From contig DATHRK010000102.1 of assembly GCA_035465395.1 (NCBI GenBank), positions 191 to 64,190 on the forward strand: a stretch of 64,000 nucleotides of DNA. The letters are read 5' to 3'. The stretch comes from Longimicrobiales bacterium (GTDB lineage Bacteria; Gemmatimonadota; Gemmatimonadetes; Longimicrobiales; RSA9). The notes below the pieces were generated by a model, which saw only the letters and a program-made list of their open reading frames with translations, had not been told where the DNA came from and searched no databases. Positions 11,088 through 21,107 of this stretch are shown piece by piece. Within the stretch, counting starts at the first letter, position 1, and each line of letters opens with the position of its first letter. The position numbers were made by a program, and so were the translations under genes.

Positions 11088-11996
11088 CTACCCCAGCACC
11101 TGCCGCGCGAAGGCGTCGGCGTCGAAGGGCTCGAGGTCGTCCAGCCCCTCGCCGGTCCCGACCCAGCGGACGGGCGCCTCGTGCTCTTCTCTCAGCGCGA
11201 CGATCGCGCCTCCGCGGGCGCTGCCGTCCAGCTTGGTGAGGACGAGCCCGGTCAGGGGCACCGCCTGCGAGAACGTGCGCACCTGCGCCAGGGCGTTCTG
11301 TCCGACGGTTGCGTCGAGCACCATCAGCACCTCGTCCGGCGCGCCCTTCCGACGCTTGCCCAGGACGCGCACGATCTTCCCCAGCTCGGCCATCAGATCC
11401 CCCTGCGTATGCAGGCGGCCCGCCGTGTCGATGATGACCACGTCCGCGCCCCGGGCCTCGGCGGCGTCGACCGCGTCGAAGGCGACGGCGGCCGCGTCGG
11501 CACCCGGCTCGGCGCCCACGAAATCGGCGCCCGCCCGATCGGCCCACACGCGGATCTGCTCGATGGCGCCGGCGCGGAACGTGTCGCCGGCGGCCAGCAG
11601 GACGCGGCGTCCCTCCCGCGCGTGGGCGCGTGCCAGCTTCCCGATAGTCGTGGTCTTGCCGACGCCGTTCACACCGACGACGAGGATCACGTGCGGCGCG
11701 CCCATTGCGCCTGCCTCCCGGGGCGGCTCGAGGATCGCGCCGATCTCGCGCACGACGGCCCGCCTGAGGTCATCCTGCGTCTTCACCGAGCCGCCGCGCA
11801 GGCGCCTCTCGATCTCGTCCACGATGCGGAGCGTCGCGGGGGCGCCGAAGTCGGCCGCGAGCAGAAGCTGCTCCAGGTTCTGCACCGCGTCCTCGTCGAT
11901 CCCCCGCACCAGCACGCCGACGTCCGTCAGCGCGACGTCGACGATCTTCTGCCACAGCGTGCGCCGTTCCTCCCGGGTCCGGTAGAGGCGGCTCAT
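11088..11996 (-). CDS. ftsY: signal recognition particle receptor FtsY (short form, NG domain only)
   Basis: In-frame ATG at 11996 (MSRLYRTREER...) inside ORF 11088..12749. GVNGVGKTTTIGKLA, DTAGRLH and TKLDGSARGG GTPase motifs. ATGA overlap with the upstream gene. Confidence 0.9.
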   Translation of the reverse strand: MSRLYRTREERRTLWQKIVDVALTDVGVLVRGIDEDAVQNLEQLLLAADFGAPATLRIVDEIERRLRGGSVKTQDDLRRAVVREIGAILEPPREAGAMGAPHVILVVGVNGVGKTTTIGKLARAHAREGRRVLLAAGDTFRAGAIEQIRVWADRAGADFVGAEPGADAAAVAFDAVDAAEARGADVVIIDTAGRLHTQGDLMAELGKIVRVLGKRRKGAPDEVLMVLDATVGQNALAQVRTFSQAVPLTGLVLTKLDGSARGGAIVALREEHEAPVRWVGTGEGLDDLEPFDADAFARQVLG

Positions 11997-13933
11997 CTCA
12001 GACCCTCCCGACGCCGCAGGATCCACTCGGCGCACAGCAGGGCGACGACCAGCAGCCACGCCCAGGGCGAGGCGTGCAGAGGGCGCGTGGCGGCCGCACG
12101 GGTCGCGCCGTCCCCGCCCGCGCTGCCGACGTCTTCGAGCGGCGCGGCCGGGCGGGCGAACTCGCGTGTGTACGACTCGACCGTCAGGGCGCCGCGGACG
12201 GATGGTTCCGATCCGCCGGCGCTGCCCTCCCAGGCGTAGTGACCCGGCGGCAGCGCCTCGAGCGCCGCGGCTCCGTCGTCGATCGGGGCCACGCGCACCA
12301 GCGGGGCTCCGCCTCCCTCGGGCGTGAAGGTCACGGTGAGCGTCTCGCCCGGGATCCGCACCGCCCACTCCTGATGCTCGCCCCGCGCGACCACCTGGCG
12401 GAGCGGCCGGATCGGCTCGTCGGCGCGGGTCGTCTCGGCGCCGAGCAGCCACCCCGCCACCGCCGACCAGAGCTGCCGGTAGCCGGCGCGCGACCGCCCG
12501 CCGCGCAGCGACCAGCGCCAGAACCCGGTCGCCAGCGGCGCGGCCCAGCGATCCCGGCCGCGCTCGCCCACGACGAGCACGGGCGTCTCGGGACCGCGCC
12601 GGCCGCGGCGCGCGGCGAGCGCCACGCCGTGCGCCGGGGCGCCCGGCGAGACCGGCCGCACCGCCGACAGCGGCGGCAGCGAGTCGACGACGAGCGATCC
12701 GAGGATCGCCGCCAGGGGCGACGCAGGGGGTTGGTCCGCGAGGTACCATTCCCCGTCGGCCGCGGCGGCGCCGGCCACCGGCAGGCCCGCGGGCGATCCA
12801 TCCTCGGAGGGCAGCAGGACGAGAGGCGGGCCGCCGCGGACCAGATCGCTCGCCCAGTCGGGCAGCGCCGGGCCCGCGCCCAGCAGCACCAGCAGGTCGG
12901 CGCCGCGCGCGACCGAGGCCACGGCGGCCGCGCCGATTCGCCCCGCTCGGGGACCGGCACGCAGCCAGGCGCCGTCAGCGGACGCCAGGTACGAGGCCGT
13001 GCGCAGGCCGGTGGCGGCTTCCAGCGCCGGCAGCAGGAAGCGGGGCTCCCAGTCCGGGCGAAAGGCCAGCACGACGACCCCGCCGCCCTCCTCGGCGACG
13101 CGCATGTACGCGGTTCGCACATCGTCGTCCGCATGCGCCCCTCCCGGCACGACGCGGGCGTCCAGCCGGGCATCGCTGCCCGCGGCGCCGGGGACGGCGA
13201 AGCGCACACGCACGCGGACCAGCCCCCCGGCCGCGGTCGCGGGGATGGACGCCACCCCCAGCAGCGTGTCGCCGTGCCGGATCTCGACGCGCAGGGTCTC
13301 GTCCGAGGCCAGGCCGCGCGTCGCCACGGCCACGGAGGCGTCGGCGCTGTCGCCGGGCTCCCCCCACCGCGGCGCCTCGAACTCGGCGAGCGCGGCGTTC
13401 GGCGCGGGCTCGCCGCTCACCACTTCCCAGCGCAGCTCGATGCCCGCGCGCCGCGCCGCCGACGCCGCCGCGCCCGCGTCCTCCACCTCGCCGTCGGTGA
13501 CCACGACCACGCGTCGCGCTCCGGCCTCGGCGGCGACCCGCACGGCTTCCACCGCGGAGCTGCGGGTGTGTCGGGGGGCGTCCGGTATCGAATCGCTGGA
13601 CAGGGGCTCGGCGCCGTCGCCGAAGAGCAAAACGCGATCGGCCGCCGCCCGCGCACGGCGGACGGCCTCGTCCCACCGCGAGCCGTCCGGCCCGGGGGCC
13701 GTCATGCTCAGGGACGCGTCCAGCAGCACGACCTCACGCGCGGCGCGGTCATCGCCGGACGGCGTGCCCGGATCGAACAGCAGCAGGAGGAGCAGCAGGA
13801 GGGCGGATGCGCGAAGGCCGCCCAGGACCCAGCGGGCCCGGGCGGCCGGTTCGCGCCGCCAGTAATTCACGCCGACCAGCGCGACGCCGACGGCGCCTGC
13901 CAGCAGGAAGGCGGCCCAGGCCGGGCCGCTCAA
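11993..13933 (-). CDS. membrane protein with N-terminal double-TM and VWA-like (BatA-like) domain
   Basis: Two N-terminal TM helices, then VVLLDASLSMTA (DxSxS MIDAS-like) and VVVVTDGEVED. C-terminal anchor WAWLLVVALLCAEWILRRREGLR. TTG start at 13933 overlaps the M23 stop (TTGA). Confidence 0.55.
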   Translation of the reverse strand: MSGPAWAAFLLAGAVGVALVGVNYWRREPAARARWVLGGLRASALLLLLLLLFDPGTPSGDDRAAREVVLLDASLSMTAPGPDGSRWDEAVRRARAAADRVLLFGDGAEPLSSDSIPDAPRHTRSSAVEAVRVAAEAGARRVVVVTDGEVEDAGAAASAARRAGIELRWEVVSGEPAPNAALAEFEAPRWGEPGDSADASVAVATRGLASDETLRVEIRHGDTLLGVASIPATAAGGLVRVRVRFAVPGAAGSDARLDARVVPGGAHADDDVRTAYMRVAEEGGGVVVLAFRPDWEPRFLLPALEAATGLRTASYLASADGAWLRAGPRAGRIGAAAVASVARGADLLVLLGAGPALPDWASDLVRGGPPLVLLPSEDGSPAGLPVAGAAAADGEWYLADQPPASPLAAILGSLVVDSLPPLSAVRPVSPGAPAHGVALAARRGRRGPETPVLVVGERGRDRWAAPLATGFWRWSLRGGRSRAGYRQLWSAVAGWLLGAETTRADEPIRPLRQVVARGEHQEWAVRIPGETLTVTFTPEGGGAPLVRVAPIDDGAAALEALPPGHYAWEGSAGGSEPSVRGALTVESYTREFARPAAPLEDVGSAGGDGATRAAATRPLHASPWAWLLVVALLCAEWILRRREGLR

Positions 13934-15249
13934 GGCCTCGCGGCGCCGCCCGCGGGCTGTGCCAACGCCACCAGGGCCGGCGGAGCAGCCACCGACGGCC
14001 CGGGCAGGAGTCGCGTGCGCTCACGGAGCGCGGCGTCGAAGGCCTCGCGGGCCTCCTCGGGAACGGGCTCGGCGGAGGGCAGAACGACCGTCCGCGGGTT
14101 CACCGGTTTCCCGTGCTGGCGGAACTCGTAGTGCAGGTGGGCCGCGGTCGCGGTGCCCGTGGCGCCCACGTACCCGATCACCTGCCCCTGCTCTACGCGG
14201 GCGCCGGGGCGGATCCCGCGCGCAAAGCCGCGCAGGTGTGCGTAGCGGGTGGTGTAGCCCGCCGGGTGACGGAGGATCACGATGTTGCCGTACCCGCCCT
14301 TGCGACCCGCGAAGTTCACGACGCCGCTGCCCGTCGCGAGCACCGGGGTGCCGGAACGGGCGCCGAAATCGGTTCCCACGTGCGCGCGGTAGATGCCGAG
14401 CACGGGATGGTAGCGGCGCCACGAGAAGTTCGAGGTCACGCGCACGTAGTCCAGCGGGTAGCGCTTGAACGCCGTGCGTAGCGAGTTGCCTTCGGGATCG
14501 AAGTAGTCGGCGCGGTCCTGCAGCTCGAAGCGAACGGCCTGGAAGGGCCTGTCGCGATTGACGAACTCGGCCGCCAGGACCGTGTAGCCGCGCGCGGTCC
14601 CGTCCGGCCGGCCTTCGCGCTCGTACACGAATCGGTAGCTGTCGCCCGCCTGGATGTCGTGGAGGAAGTCCAGCCGATACTCGAAGATGCGCGCGAGCCG
14701 CGTGACCAGTCCGATCCGGTCCTGGATCGGCACGCCTTCGTCGTCGAGCTCGAGCAGCGACTGGTAGAGGGACTGGGCGTCCTCGATCACGCCCGCGACC
14801 GTCACGGTGTCCCACACCACGGGGGTGACCCGGAAGCTGGCGCGCCAGCCCACCATCTCGTCGCGTTCCAGCCGCAGCGCGCTGTCGGCGTTGATCTGCA
14901 GGTCCACCGCGCGCAACGTGTGGTCCTCGATCCACCGGCTGAGCGTCACTTCGGTCCCGGGCCGCAGTCGGCGGGGGCTCTGGTACTCCCTCATGACCAG
15001 CATCAGCGAGGCCTGCTCCACCGATCCGACTCCCGCCTCGCCCAGGAGCTCGGACAGCGTCTGGCCGGAGCCCAGCACGACGGTCTCCGCGACGTCCCGC
15101 GGCTGCGCGTAGACGGTCGCCAGCACGGGCGCCGCCACGGTCTCCGCGGCCGCCGGCGGCGCCGGTGGCTTCGACCAGAACCCCACGGTCCCGACGGCGA
15201 TCGCCCCCACGGCGCCGGCCGCCCAGACCCTCCTCGTCACCCTGATCAT
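13930..15249 (-). CDS. M23-family metalloendopeptidase (murein DD-endopeptidase / EnvC-like)
   Basis: HVGTDFGARSGTPVLATGSGVV, GGYGNIVILRH and GATGTATAAHLHYEF (HxxxD / HxH M23 motifs). N-terminal membrane anchor. Confidence 0.85.
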   Translation of the reverse strand: MIRVTRRVWAAGAVGAIAVGTVGFWSKPPAPPAAAETVAAPVLATVYAQPRDVAETVVLGSGQTLSELLGEAGVGSVEQASLMLVMREYQSPRRLRPGTEVTLSRWIEDHTLRAVDLQINADSALRLERDEMVGWRASFRVTPVVWDTVTVAGVIEDAQSLYQSLLELDDEGVPIQDRIGLVTRLARIFEYRLDFLHDIQAGDSYRFVYEREGRPDGTARGYTVLAAEFVNRDRPFQAVRFELQDRADYFDPEGNSLRTAFKRYPLDYVRVTSNFSWRRYHPVLGIYRAHVGTDFGARSGTPVLATGSGVVNFAGRKGGYGNIVILRHPAGYTTRYAHLRGFARGIRPGARVEQGQVIGYVGATGTATAAHLHYEFRQHGKPVNPRTVVLPSAEPVPEEAREAFDAALRERTRLLPGPSVAAPPALVALAQPAGGAARP

Positions 15250-15289
15250 GCGTTCGCTCGCCCCCCTCCGTGGTCGCCTCGCCCGGGCG

Positions 15290-15305
15290 GGCGCCCGCGG
15301 GCGCC
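15290..15305. terminator. perfect 16-bp palindrome downstream of ftsZ
   Basis: GGCGCCCGCGGGCGCC is its own reverse complement. It lies in the 72-nt gap between the ftsZ stop (15322) and the M23 start (15249). No U-tract. Confidence 0.3.
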
Positions 15306-15321
15306 GCCGGTGCCGCTTCTC

Positions 15322-16497
15322 TTAGTCCATCTGCCGGCGGATGAAGGTTGGGATGTCCAGGTCTCCCAACTGCCCCGTCACGAGCGCCGCCGCGGGCGCC
15401 GCCGCCAGCGGAGCGACGGGCTCCGCGTAGTTGGCGTAGCCGCCGCCGACGGCCGCTCGGCGCGGCTCGCGCTGCGGGCTGCCGAAGCGAGGCCTCAGCA
15501 CGTTGCCATCCTGGCGCGAGCCGAACTCCTCGCGGTAGCCGGCCAGCCCGGTGGCGATGACCGTCACCCGAACCTCGCCCTCGACCATGCGGTCGTGGAC
15601 CGCGCCGAAGATGATCTCGGCTTCGTCACCCGCGGCCTCCTGGATGATCGAAGAGATCGTCGTCACCTCGTCGATCGTCAGGTCCAGGCCGCCCGTGATG
15701 TTGATGAGCACGCCCGCCGCGCCCTCGATCGACACCTCGTCCAGCAGCGGGCTCGCGATCGCCTCATGCGCTGCATCCGCCGCCCTGTTCTCACCGCGGC
15801 CGAACCCGGTCCCCATCAAGGCCGGCCCTCGGTTCCCCATCACCGTCCGCACATCGGCGAAGTCTACGTTGACTTCGCCAGTCACATGAATCAAGCCACT
15901 GATGCCCTGGGTGGCGTGAAGGAGGACCTGATCCGCCTTCTTCAGGGCGTCGCGGAACGTGGTCCCTTTGCCGCAAACCGCCAGGAGCCGCTCGTTCGGA
16001 ACGACGATCATCGTGTCCGCGGCGCGCTTCAATTCGGCGAGCCCCTGCTCGGCCTGGCGCATTCTCTTTTTTCCCTCGAACGCGAAAGGTTTAGTCACGA
16101 TCGCGATCGTCAGGGCCCCGGTCTCGCGGGCGATCTCGGCGATCACCGGCGCGGCGCCGGTCCCGGTGCCGCCGCCCATTCCGGCCGTGATGAAGACCAG
16201 GTCGGAGTTCTCCAGGACCTTGGTCATCTCCTCGCGGCTCTCCTCGATCGCCTGCCGGCCGATCTCGGGGCGTGCGCCGGCGCCGAGGCCGCGCGTGAGC
16301 TGCTTGCCGATCTGGATCTTGAGCTGCGACTTGGACGCCTTCAGCGCCTGGGAGTCCGTGTTCACGCTGATAAACTCGACGCCTTCCAGGGCCTCGTCGA
16401 TCATCCGGTTCACGGCGTTGTTGCCGCCACCGCCGACGCCCACCACGCGCATCCGCGCGTCCCTCAGGATCGTGTCCTCGAACTCGAAGATCATCAT
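15322..16497 (-). CDS. ftsZ: cell division protein FtsZ
   Basis: [32 protein letters not shown] tubulin signature, and C-terminal DIPTFIRRQ peptide. Confidence 0.95.
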   Translation of the reverse strand: MMIFEFEDTILRDARMRVVGVGGGGNNAVNRMIDEALEGVEFISVNTDSQALKASKSQLKIQIGKQLTRGLGAGARPEIGRQAIEESREEMTKVLENSDLVFITAGMGGGTGTGAAPVIAEIARETGALTIAIVTKPFAFEGKKRMRQAEQGLAELKRAADTMIVVPNERLLAVCGKGTTFRDALKKADQVLLHATQGISGLIHVTGEVNVDFADVRTVMGNRGPALMGTGFGRGENRAADAAHEAIASPLLDEVSIEGAAGVLINITGGLDLTIDEVTTISSIIQEAAGDEAEIIFGAVHDRMVEGEVRVTVIATGLAGYREEFGSRQDGNVLRPRFGSPQREPRRAAVGGGYANYAEPVAPLAAAPAAALVTGQLGDLDIPTFIRRQMD

Positions 16498-16588
16498 GCT
16501 CCCGTTCCTCCCCTCAGACTGTCGCCGAGGCCCGTAGGTAACGGACCGGCGTGCCCCATTCCGCTCGCGAGAGACGCCCCCCCGCGGC

Positions 16589-17794
16589 CTAGAAAAACTC
16601 CCTGATCCACGTCACCACCCGCCCCCACGCGCCGCCATCGGCCGCCGACCCGGTGTCCGCCGCGTGCAAGGCCAGGCCGACACCGGTCGCGAACTTCGGT
16701 CGCCGCACGGAGTCCGCGAGGCCCGTCAGGCGCCCTCCCGGCGAGCCAACGCGCACCGGCATGCCGAAGGCGTGCTGGGCGACCTCCACGGTCCCATCCA
16801 GCGTGGCGCCGCCCCCCGTCAGCACGACGCCGGCGCCCAGCGTCTCCCCCTCGTCGACGACGATCTGCTCGGCGACCAGCCCGAGGATCTCGTCCAGGCG
16901 CTGCTCGACGATGTGCGCGATCAGCTCCCGCGAGACGCTTCGCTTCCCCTCCGGCCCCGGGCCCGGCAGCTCGACCGACTCCCTCGGATCCACGAGCTGC
17001 GCGAACGCGACCCCGTGCTGGCGCTTGGCGCGTTCGGCCTCGTGGAACGGCAGCGCGAGGCCCTTCACCAGGTCCGCGGTGACCACCCCGCCGCCCAGCG
17101 GCACCGTGGCCAGCCGCTGGATGCGCCCGTCCCGGTAGACCGCTACCTCGGTGGTCCCGCCGCCGAGATCCACCAGCGCCACGCCGATCTCGCGCTCGTC
17201 TTCGGTGAGGACCGCGCGCGCGGCGGCGATCGGCTCGTGCACGAGCGCTTCGACCGCGTAGCCCGCGCGCGAGACCGCCTTGCGCAGGTTCTGGCAAGCC
17301 GCCGCCTCGGCGGTGATCAGGTAGACCTCCGTCTCGAGGCGCGTTCCTACCATGCCGCGCGGGTCGCGAATGCCCCCCTGGTGATCGACGATGTACTCCT
17401 GCGGCAGCGCGTGGAGGAGCTCCCGGTCGCCCGGCACGACCACGGCACGCGCGACCTCCTGGACCCGCTCCACGTCGGAGTCCACGATTTCTTCTCCGCC
17501 CACCGCCACGATCCCCGCGGAGGAGTTGGCGTCGATGTGCTGCCCGGCGATGCCGACGTGCAGCCGCTCGACCTCGGCCCCGGCCATCAACTCGGCCTCC
17601 TTGAGCGCGCCGCGGACCGACTCCGTCGTCTCCTCCAGGTCGGTCAAGACCTCCCTCCGCACGCCCGCGCTGCCGACCTCGCCGACGCCCAGGACCTTGA
17701 GCGTAGCCTCGCCCCCTTCGAGGACGACCTCGGCGATCACCGCGCACGTCTTCGTAGAGCCGATGTCGAGTCCCGCGACCAGCCGCGTCGTCAT
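16589..17794 (-). CDS. ftsA: cell division protein FtsA
   Basis: In-frame ATG at 17794 ([23 protein letters not shown]) within ORF 16589..18700. Actin-fold motifs ([21 protein letters not shown]). ATGA overlap with ftsQ. Confidence 0.9.
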   Translation of the reverse strand: MTTRLVAGLDIGSTKTCAVIAEVVLEGGEATLKVLGVGEVGSAGVRREVLTDLEETTESVRGALKEAELMAGAEVERLHVGIAGQHIDANSSAGIVAVGGEEIVDSDVERVQEVARAVVVPGDRELLHALPQEYIVDHQGGIRDPRGMVGTRLETEVYLITAEAAACQNLRKAVSRAGYAVEALVHEPIAAARAVLTEDEREIGVALVDLGGGTTEVAVYRDGRIQRLATVPLGGGVVTADLVKGLALPFHEAERAKRQHGVAFAQLVDPRESVELPGPGPEGKRSVSRELIAHIVEQRLDEILGLVAEQIVVDEGETLGAGVVLTGGGATLDGTVEVAQHAFGMPVRVGSPGGRLTGLADSVRRPKFATGVGLALHAADTGSAADGGAWGRVVTWIREFF

Positions 17795-18540
17795 CGCGCC
17801 TCCCCCCTTCGTCCACCGAGGGCCAGTACCACCTGTCCGCTGTAGCGGGCATCCAGCCGGGCGGTCGGCAGAGCGTCGGGACCGCGCTCGAGCTCGGCCA
17901 GGACCACCTCGATGCGCCGCAGCTGCTCGGGTGCGGCCTCCGCCTGGACGAGCACCGACAGGTCCGCGGGCCGCCGCAGCCGCAGCCGCAGTGTGCCGGC
18001 ATCGGCGCGCACCTCCGATACGCGGCCGGCCAGGCCCGGATCGAGGCGGCGGAGTCGATCCCAGTCCGAGACCGCCGCCAGCAGCGCAGGGTCCGCGAGG
18101 CGGCCGTCCGGCAGGACGGCGGCGCCGTGCAGGACGGGCAGGTCCAGCGAACCGTGTCCGGGGGGGATCGGCAGCGCCCGCCCGCTGCCGTCGACCGGCA
18201 CCAGGCGCGGCGTGCGTACGAGCAGCACCGGCTCCGTCTCCTCGATCTCCAGGACTAGCGTCGCCGGCAGCTTGCGCCGGATCTCCACGCCGGCCACGAG
18301 CGGATGCACGAGCAGCGCTTCCCGCCACCGCTCGCGGTCTTCGAAGAGGTTTGCGCCCGCCCGAATCCCCGCGGTCGCCAGCGCGTGGTGCGGCGGCAGG
18401 TTGCGGTGGCCGCGCACCTCCACGTGACGCACCTCGAACGCCGGCACCCGGCGCAGCACGCGAGGCGCCTCGGCCACGCCGGCCGCGACCAGCGCCGCAC
18501 CCGCCGCCACCGCTAGTCCGGTCCCGAGGCCGATCTTCAC
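17791..18540 (-). CDS. ftsQ: cell division protein FtsQ (POTRA domain)
   Basis: N-terminal TM, then FEVRHVEVRGHRNLP POTRA-like segment. Position between murC and ftsA. GTG start overlaps the murC stop (GTGA). Confidence 0.8.
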   Translation of the reverse strand: MKIGLGTGLAVAAGAALVAAGVAEAPRVLRRVPAFEVRHVEVRGHRNLPPHHALATAGIRAGANLFEDRERWREALLVHPLVAGVEIRRKLPATLVLEIEETEPVLLVRTPRLVPVDGSGRALPIPPGHGSLDLPVLHGAAVLPDGRLADPALLAAVSDWDRLRRLDPGLAGRVSEVRADAGTLRLRLRRPADLSVLVQAEAAPEQLRRIEVVLAELERGPDALPTARLDARYSGQVVLALGGRRGEAR

Positions 18541-21107
18541 GCGACCTCCTCGCCGAGCTTGGCGAACAGCGCGGACGCCACCTCGTCGATGTTGCCCGCC
18601 CCCATGACCAGCATGACGTCGCCGGCGCGTGCGGCGCCGCGCAGCGCCACGGGCAGGGTCGCCAGATCGGGGTGGTAGACGACGTGGGCCCCGGCTTCAC
18701 GCGCGGCGTCGGCGACCAGCTCTCCGGTCACCCCGGCGATGGGCTCCTCCCGTGCCGGATAGACGTCGGTGACCCACACCGCGTCCGCGGCGGCCAGAGT
18801 CGAGCCCATGGCGGGCGCGAAGTCGCGGGTGCGCGTGAAGAGGTGCGGCTGGAACACCGCGACGATGCGCCGACCCGGGTGCGCGGCGCGCGCCGCGGCG
18901 AGCGTCGCCGCCAGCTCCGTGTGGTGGTGCGCGTAGTCGTCGACCACCTTCACGCCGGCGCGCTCCCCCAGCACGTCGAAGCGACGCGCGACCCCCGTGA
19001 ACCGTCCGAGGCCCGCGACCGCGGAGGCGAAGTCCGCGCCCAGGTGCCGCGCGGCGGCGAAGGCGGCGAGCGCGTTCCGCACGTTGTGCTCCCCCGGCGC
19101 GCCGAGCCGCACGGTGCCGAGCGGTGCGTCTCCGTCGACCACCGTGAAGGTCGAGCCCTCGGCGTCCGAGCGGACATCGGTGGCGCGCAGATCGGCGGCA
19201 GCGCCGGTGCCGTACGTCACGACCGGCGCACCGGCGTGGCGAGCCGCCAGACGCGCCGCGCCGGGGTCGTCCGCGCACGCGATCAGCAGGCCGTCGGCGG
19301 GCAGCGCCGCGACGTAGGTGTCGAAGGCGTCCTCGACGGCTTCCAGCGAGCCGTAGACGTCGAGGTGGTCGGCCTCGAGGTTGGTGACGATCGCGACGGT
19401 CGGGCGGAGCGCGTGGAACGAGCGATCGTACTCGTCGGCCTCGACGACGAAGAGGTCCCCTTCCCCGAGGCGCAGCCCACCGCCCCAGGCGTCGATCCGG
19501 CCGCCGACCATCGCCGTCGGATCCAGCCCGGCGGCGTCGAGGATCGCCGCCGTCATCGCCGTCGTCGTGGTCTTGCCGTGTGTCCCGGCCACGCCGACGA
19601 CGGTCCCGCGGTTCACCAGCGCGCCCAGCGCGCGGGCGCGCTTCATGACCGGGATTCCGCGCGCGCGGGCACGCGCCAGCTCCGGGTGGTCCGCGGGCAC
19701 GGCCGCGGTCGTGACGACGGCGACCGCGTCCTCCACGTGCGCGGGGTCGTGCCCCTGCTCCACGCGAGCGCCGCGGTCCCGCAGCGCCTTGCCGATCGCG
19801 CCCGGCCGCAGGTCGCATCCCGAGACGGCGCCGCCGCTGCGCAGGATCAGCTCGGCGAGGACCGACATGCCCGCGCCGGCCACGCCCACCAGGTGCACCG
19901 GGCCGGTGCGGGCGAGCGCGACGAGATCCACCTCGTTCTCCGGGTCGCCGCCCCGGTGGACGTGCCCGGCGCCGGCGCCCGCCCGGTCGGCCAGCGCCAG
20001 GACGTCGGCCGCGATGGACTCGGCGGCCTGGGGCCGGGCGCGCGACCGCGCACTCTCGGCGATGCGGGCCCGAGCCGCCGGGTCGGCCGCCAGCTCCATG
20101 AGAGCCCGCCAGAGCCGTTCGGGCGTGGCCTCCGCCTGCTCGAGCACCTGCGCGGCGCCCGCCGCGGCGAGCGCCTCGGCGTTGACGCGCTGGTGGTCCG
20201 CGGCGGCGGTGGGGAGCGGGATCAGGATCGACGGAACCCCCCAGGCCAAGAGCTCGCCCGTAGTGCTCGCCCCGGCGCGTGACACCGCGAGGTCCGCCGC
20301 CGTTAGGGCCGCTGGCATGTCGTTCAGGTAGCCCTCCAGGCGGACCCACTCCGGCGAGCCCGCGGCCGCGAGCTCGTCCCGGACCGCCTCCAGGTGGTCG
20401 GGCCCGGTGACCCACAGCAGGACGAGGTCGGCGGGCGGCGCGGGCAGGTCTCCGCGGGCCACAGCGGCGATCGCGCCGGACAGCGACCGGTTGATCGCGA
20501 GCGCTCCCTGGCTGCCCCCGGTCACGAGCGCCACCGTGGCGTCGGCGGGCAGCCCGAGCCGTGCGCGCGCGCGTGCGCGGTCATCGTCGGCATCCGGTGT
20601 CCGCACCGGCGTACCGCTCTCGAGGACTTCGGTCCCCGGGCCGGGCTTGAGGTGCGCCGCGGCTTCGGGGAACCCGAGGTGGATCTGCCGGGCGCGCGGC
20701 GCCATCCAGCGCGTCACCAGCCCGGGGTAGGCGTTCTGCTCCTGCAGCACGATCGGCACGCCCCGCAGGTGCGCGACCAGCGCGGCCGGCCCGCTCGCGT
20801 AGCCGCCCGTCCCCACGAACACGTGCGGACGGAAGCGCGCGCACAGGCTGCGCACCGCCAGCAGGCTGCGGACCAGCGCCGGGACCAGCCGCCAGTTGCG
20901 CCAGGGCCGGTCGCGGCGCAGCGGCTCGATCGGCAGGAGCGTGTGCGGCACGCCGCGCTCCGGAAGCACGCGCGCCTCGATGCCGCGCCGGGCGCCCACG
21001 AAGTGCGATTCCAGGTCGGCGCGCAGCGCCCGCATGGCCGCCTCGATCGCGAGCGCCGGGTACAGGTGCCCGCCCGTGCCGCCGCCGGCGAAGAGGACGC
21101 GCGTCAT
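18537..21107 (-). CDS. murG/murC: fused MurG (lipid II GlcNAc transferase) - MurC (UDP-MurNAc--L-Ala ligase) reading frame, 856 codons
   Basis: One frame with no stop. MTRVLFAGGGTGGHLYPALA and GGSQGA (MurG), then VHLVGVAGAGMSVLAELIL, GTHGKTTTTAM and DDYAHHHTE (MurC). ATG 21107 overlaps the ftsW stop (ATGA). A possible internal murC start is the GTG at 19931, after GGAGA. Confidence 0.85.
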   Translation of the reverse strand: MTRVLFAGGGTGGHLYPALAIEAAMRALRADLESHFVGARRGIEARVLPERGVPHTLLPIEPLRRDRPWRNWRLVPALVRSLLAVRSLCARFRPHVFVGTGGYASGPAALVAHLRGVPIVLQEQNAYPGLVTRWMAPRARQIHLGFPEAAAHLKPGPGTEVLESGTPVRTPDADDDRARARARLGLPADATVALVTGGSQGALAINRSLSGAIAAVARGDLPAPPADLVLLWVTGPDHLEAVRDELAAAGSPEWVRLEGYLNDMPAALTAADLAVSRAGASTTGELLAWGVPSILIPLPTAAADHQRVNAEALAAAGAAQVLEQAEATPERLWRALMELAADPAARARIAESARSRARPQAAESIAADVLALADRAGAGAGHVHRGGDPENEVDLVALARTGPVHLVGVAGAGMSVLAELILRSGGAVSGCDLRPGAIGKALRDRGARVEQGHDPAHVEDAVAVVTTAAVPADHPELARARARGIPVMKRARALGALVNRGTVVGVAGTHGKTTTTAMTAAILDAAGLDPTAMVGGRIDAWGGGLRLGEGDLFVVEADEYDRSFHALRPTVAIVTNLEADHLDVYGSLEAVEDAFDTYVAALPADGLLIACADDPGAARLAARHAGAPVVTYGTGAAADLRATDVRSDAEGSTFTVVDGDAPLGTVRLGAPGEHNVRNALAAFAAARHLGADFASAVAGLGRFTGVARRFDVLGERAGVKVVDDYAHHHTELAATLAAARAAHPGRRIVAVFQPHLFTRTRDFAPAMGSTLAAADAVWVTDVYPAREEPIAGVTGELVADAAREAGAHVVYHPDLATLPVALRGAARAGDVMLVMGAGNIDEVASALFAKLGEEVA

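Noticed and set aside
9023-11239. 738-aa ORF (+) opposite recG
   Set aside because: A shadow ORF typical of high-GC DNA. recG on the other strand has all helicase motifs, whereas this frame is Arg/His/Gly-rich low-complexity sequence.
16060-16100. AT3-rich codon run inside ftsZ (act aaa cct ... gga aaa aag aga)
   Set aside because: It spans only about 8 codons in a highly conserved Lys-rich peptide ([12 protein letters not shown]), and no hexamer or structure is evident. It is probably amino-acid-driven.
17391-20282. 963-aa ORF (+) across ftsA/ftsQ/murC
   Set aside because: Pro/Arg/Ala low-complexity translation, antisense to three motif-bearing dcw genes.
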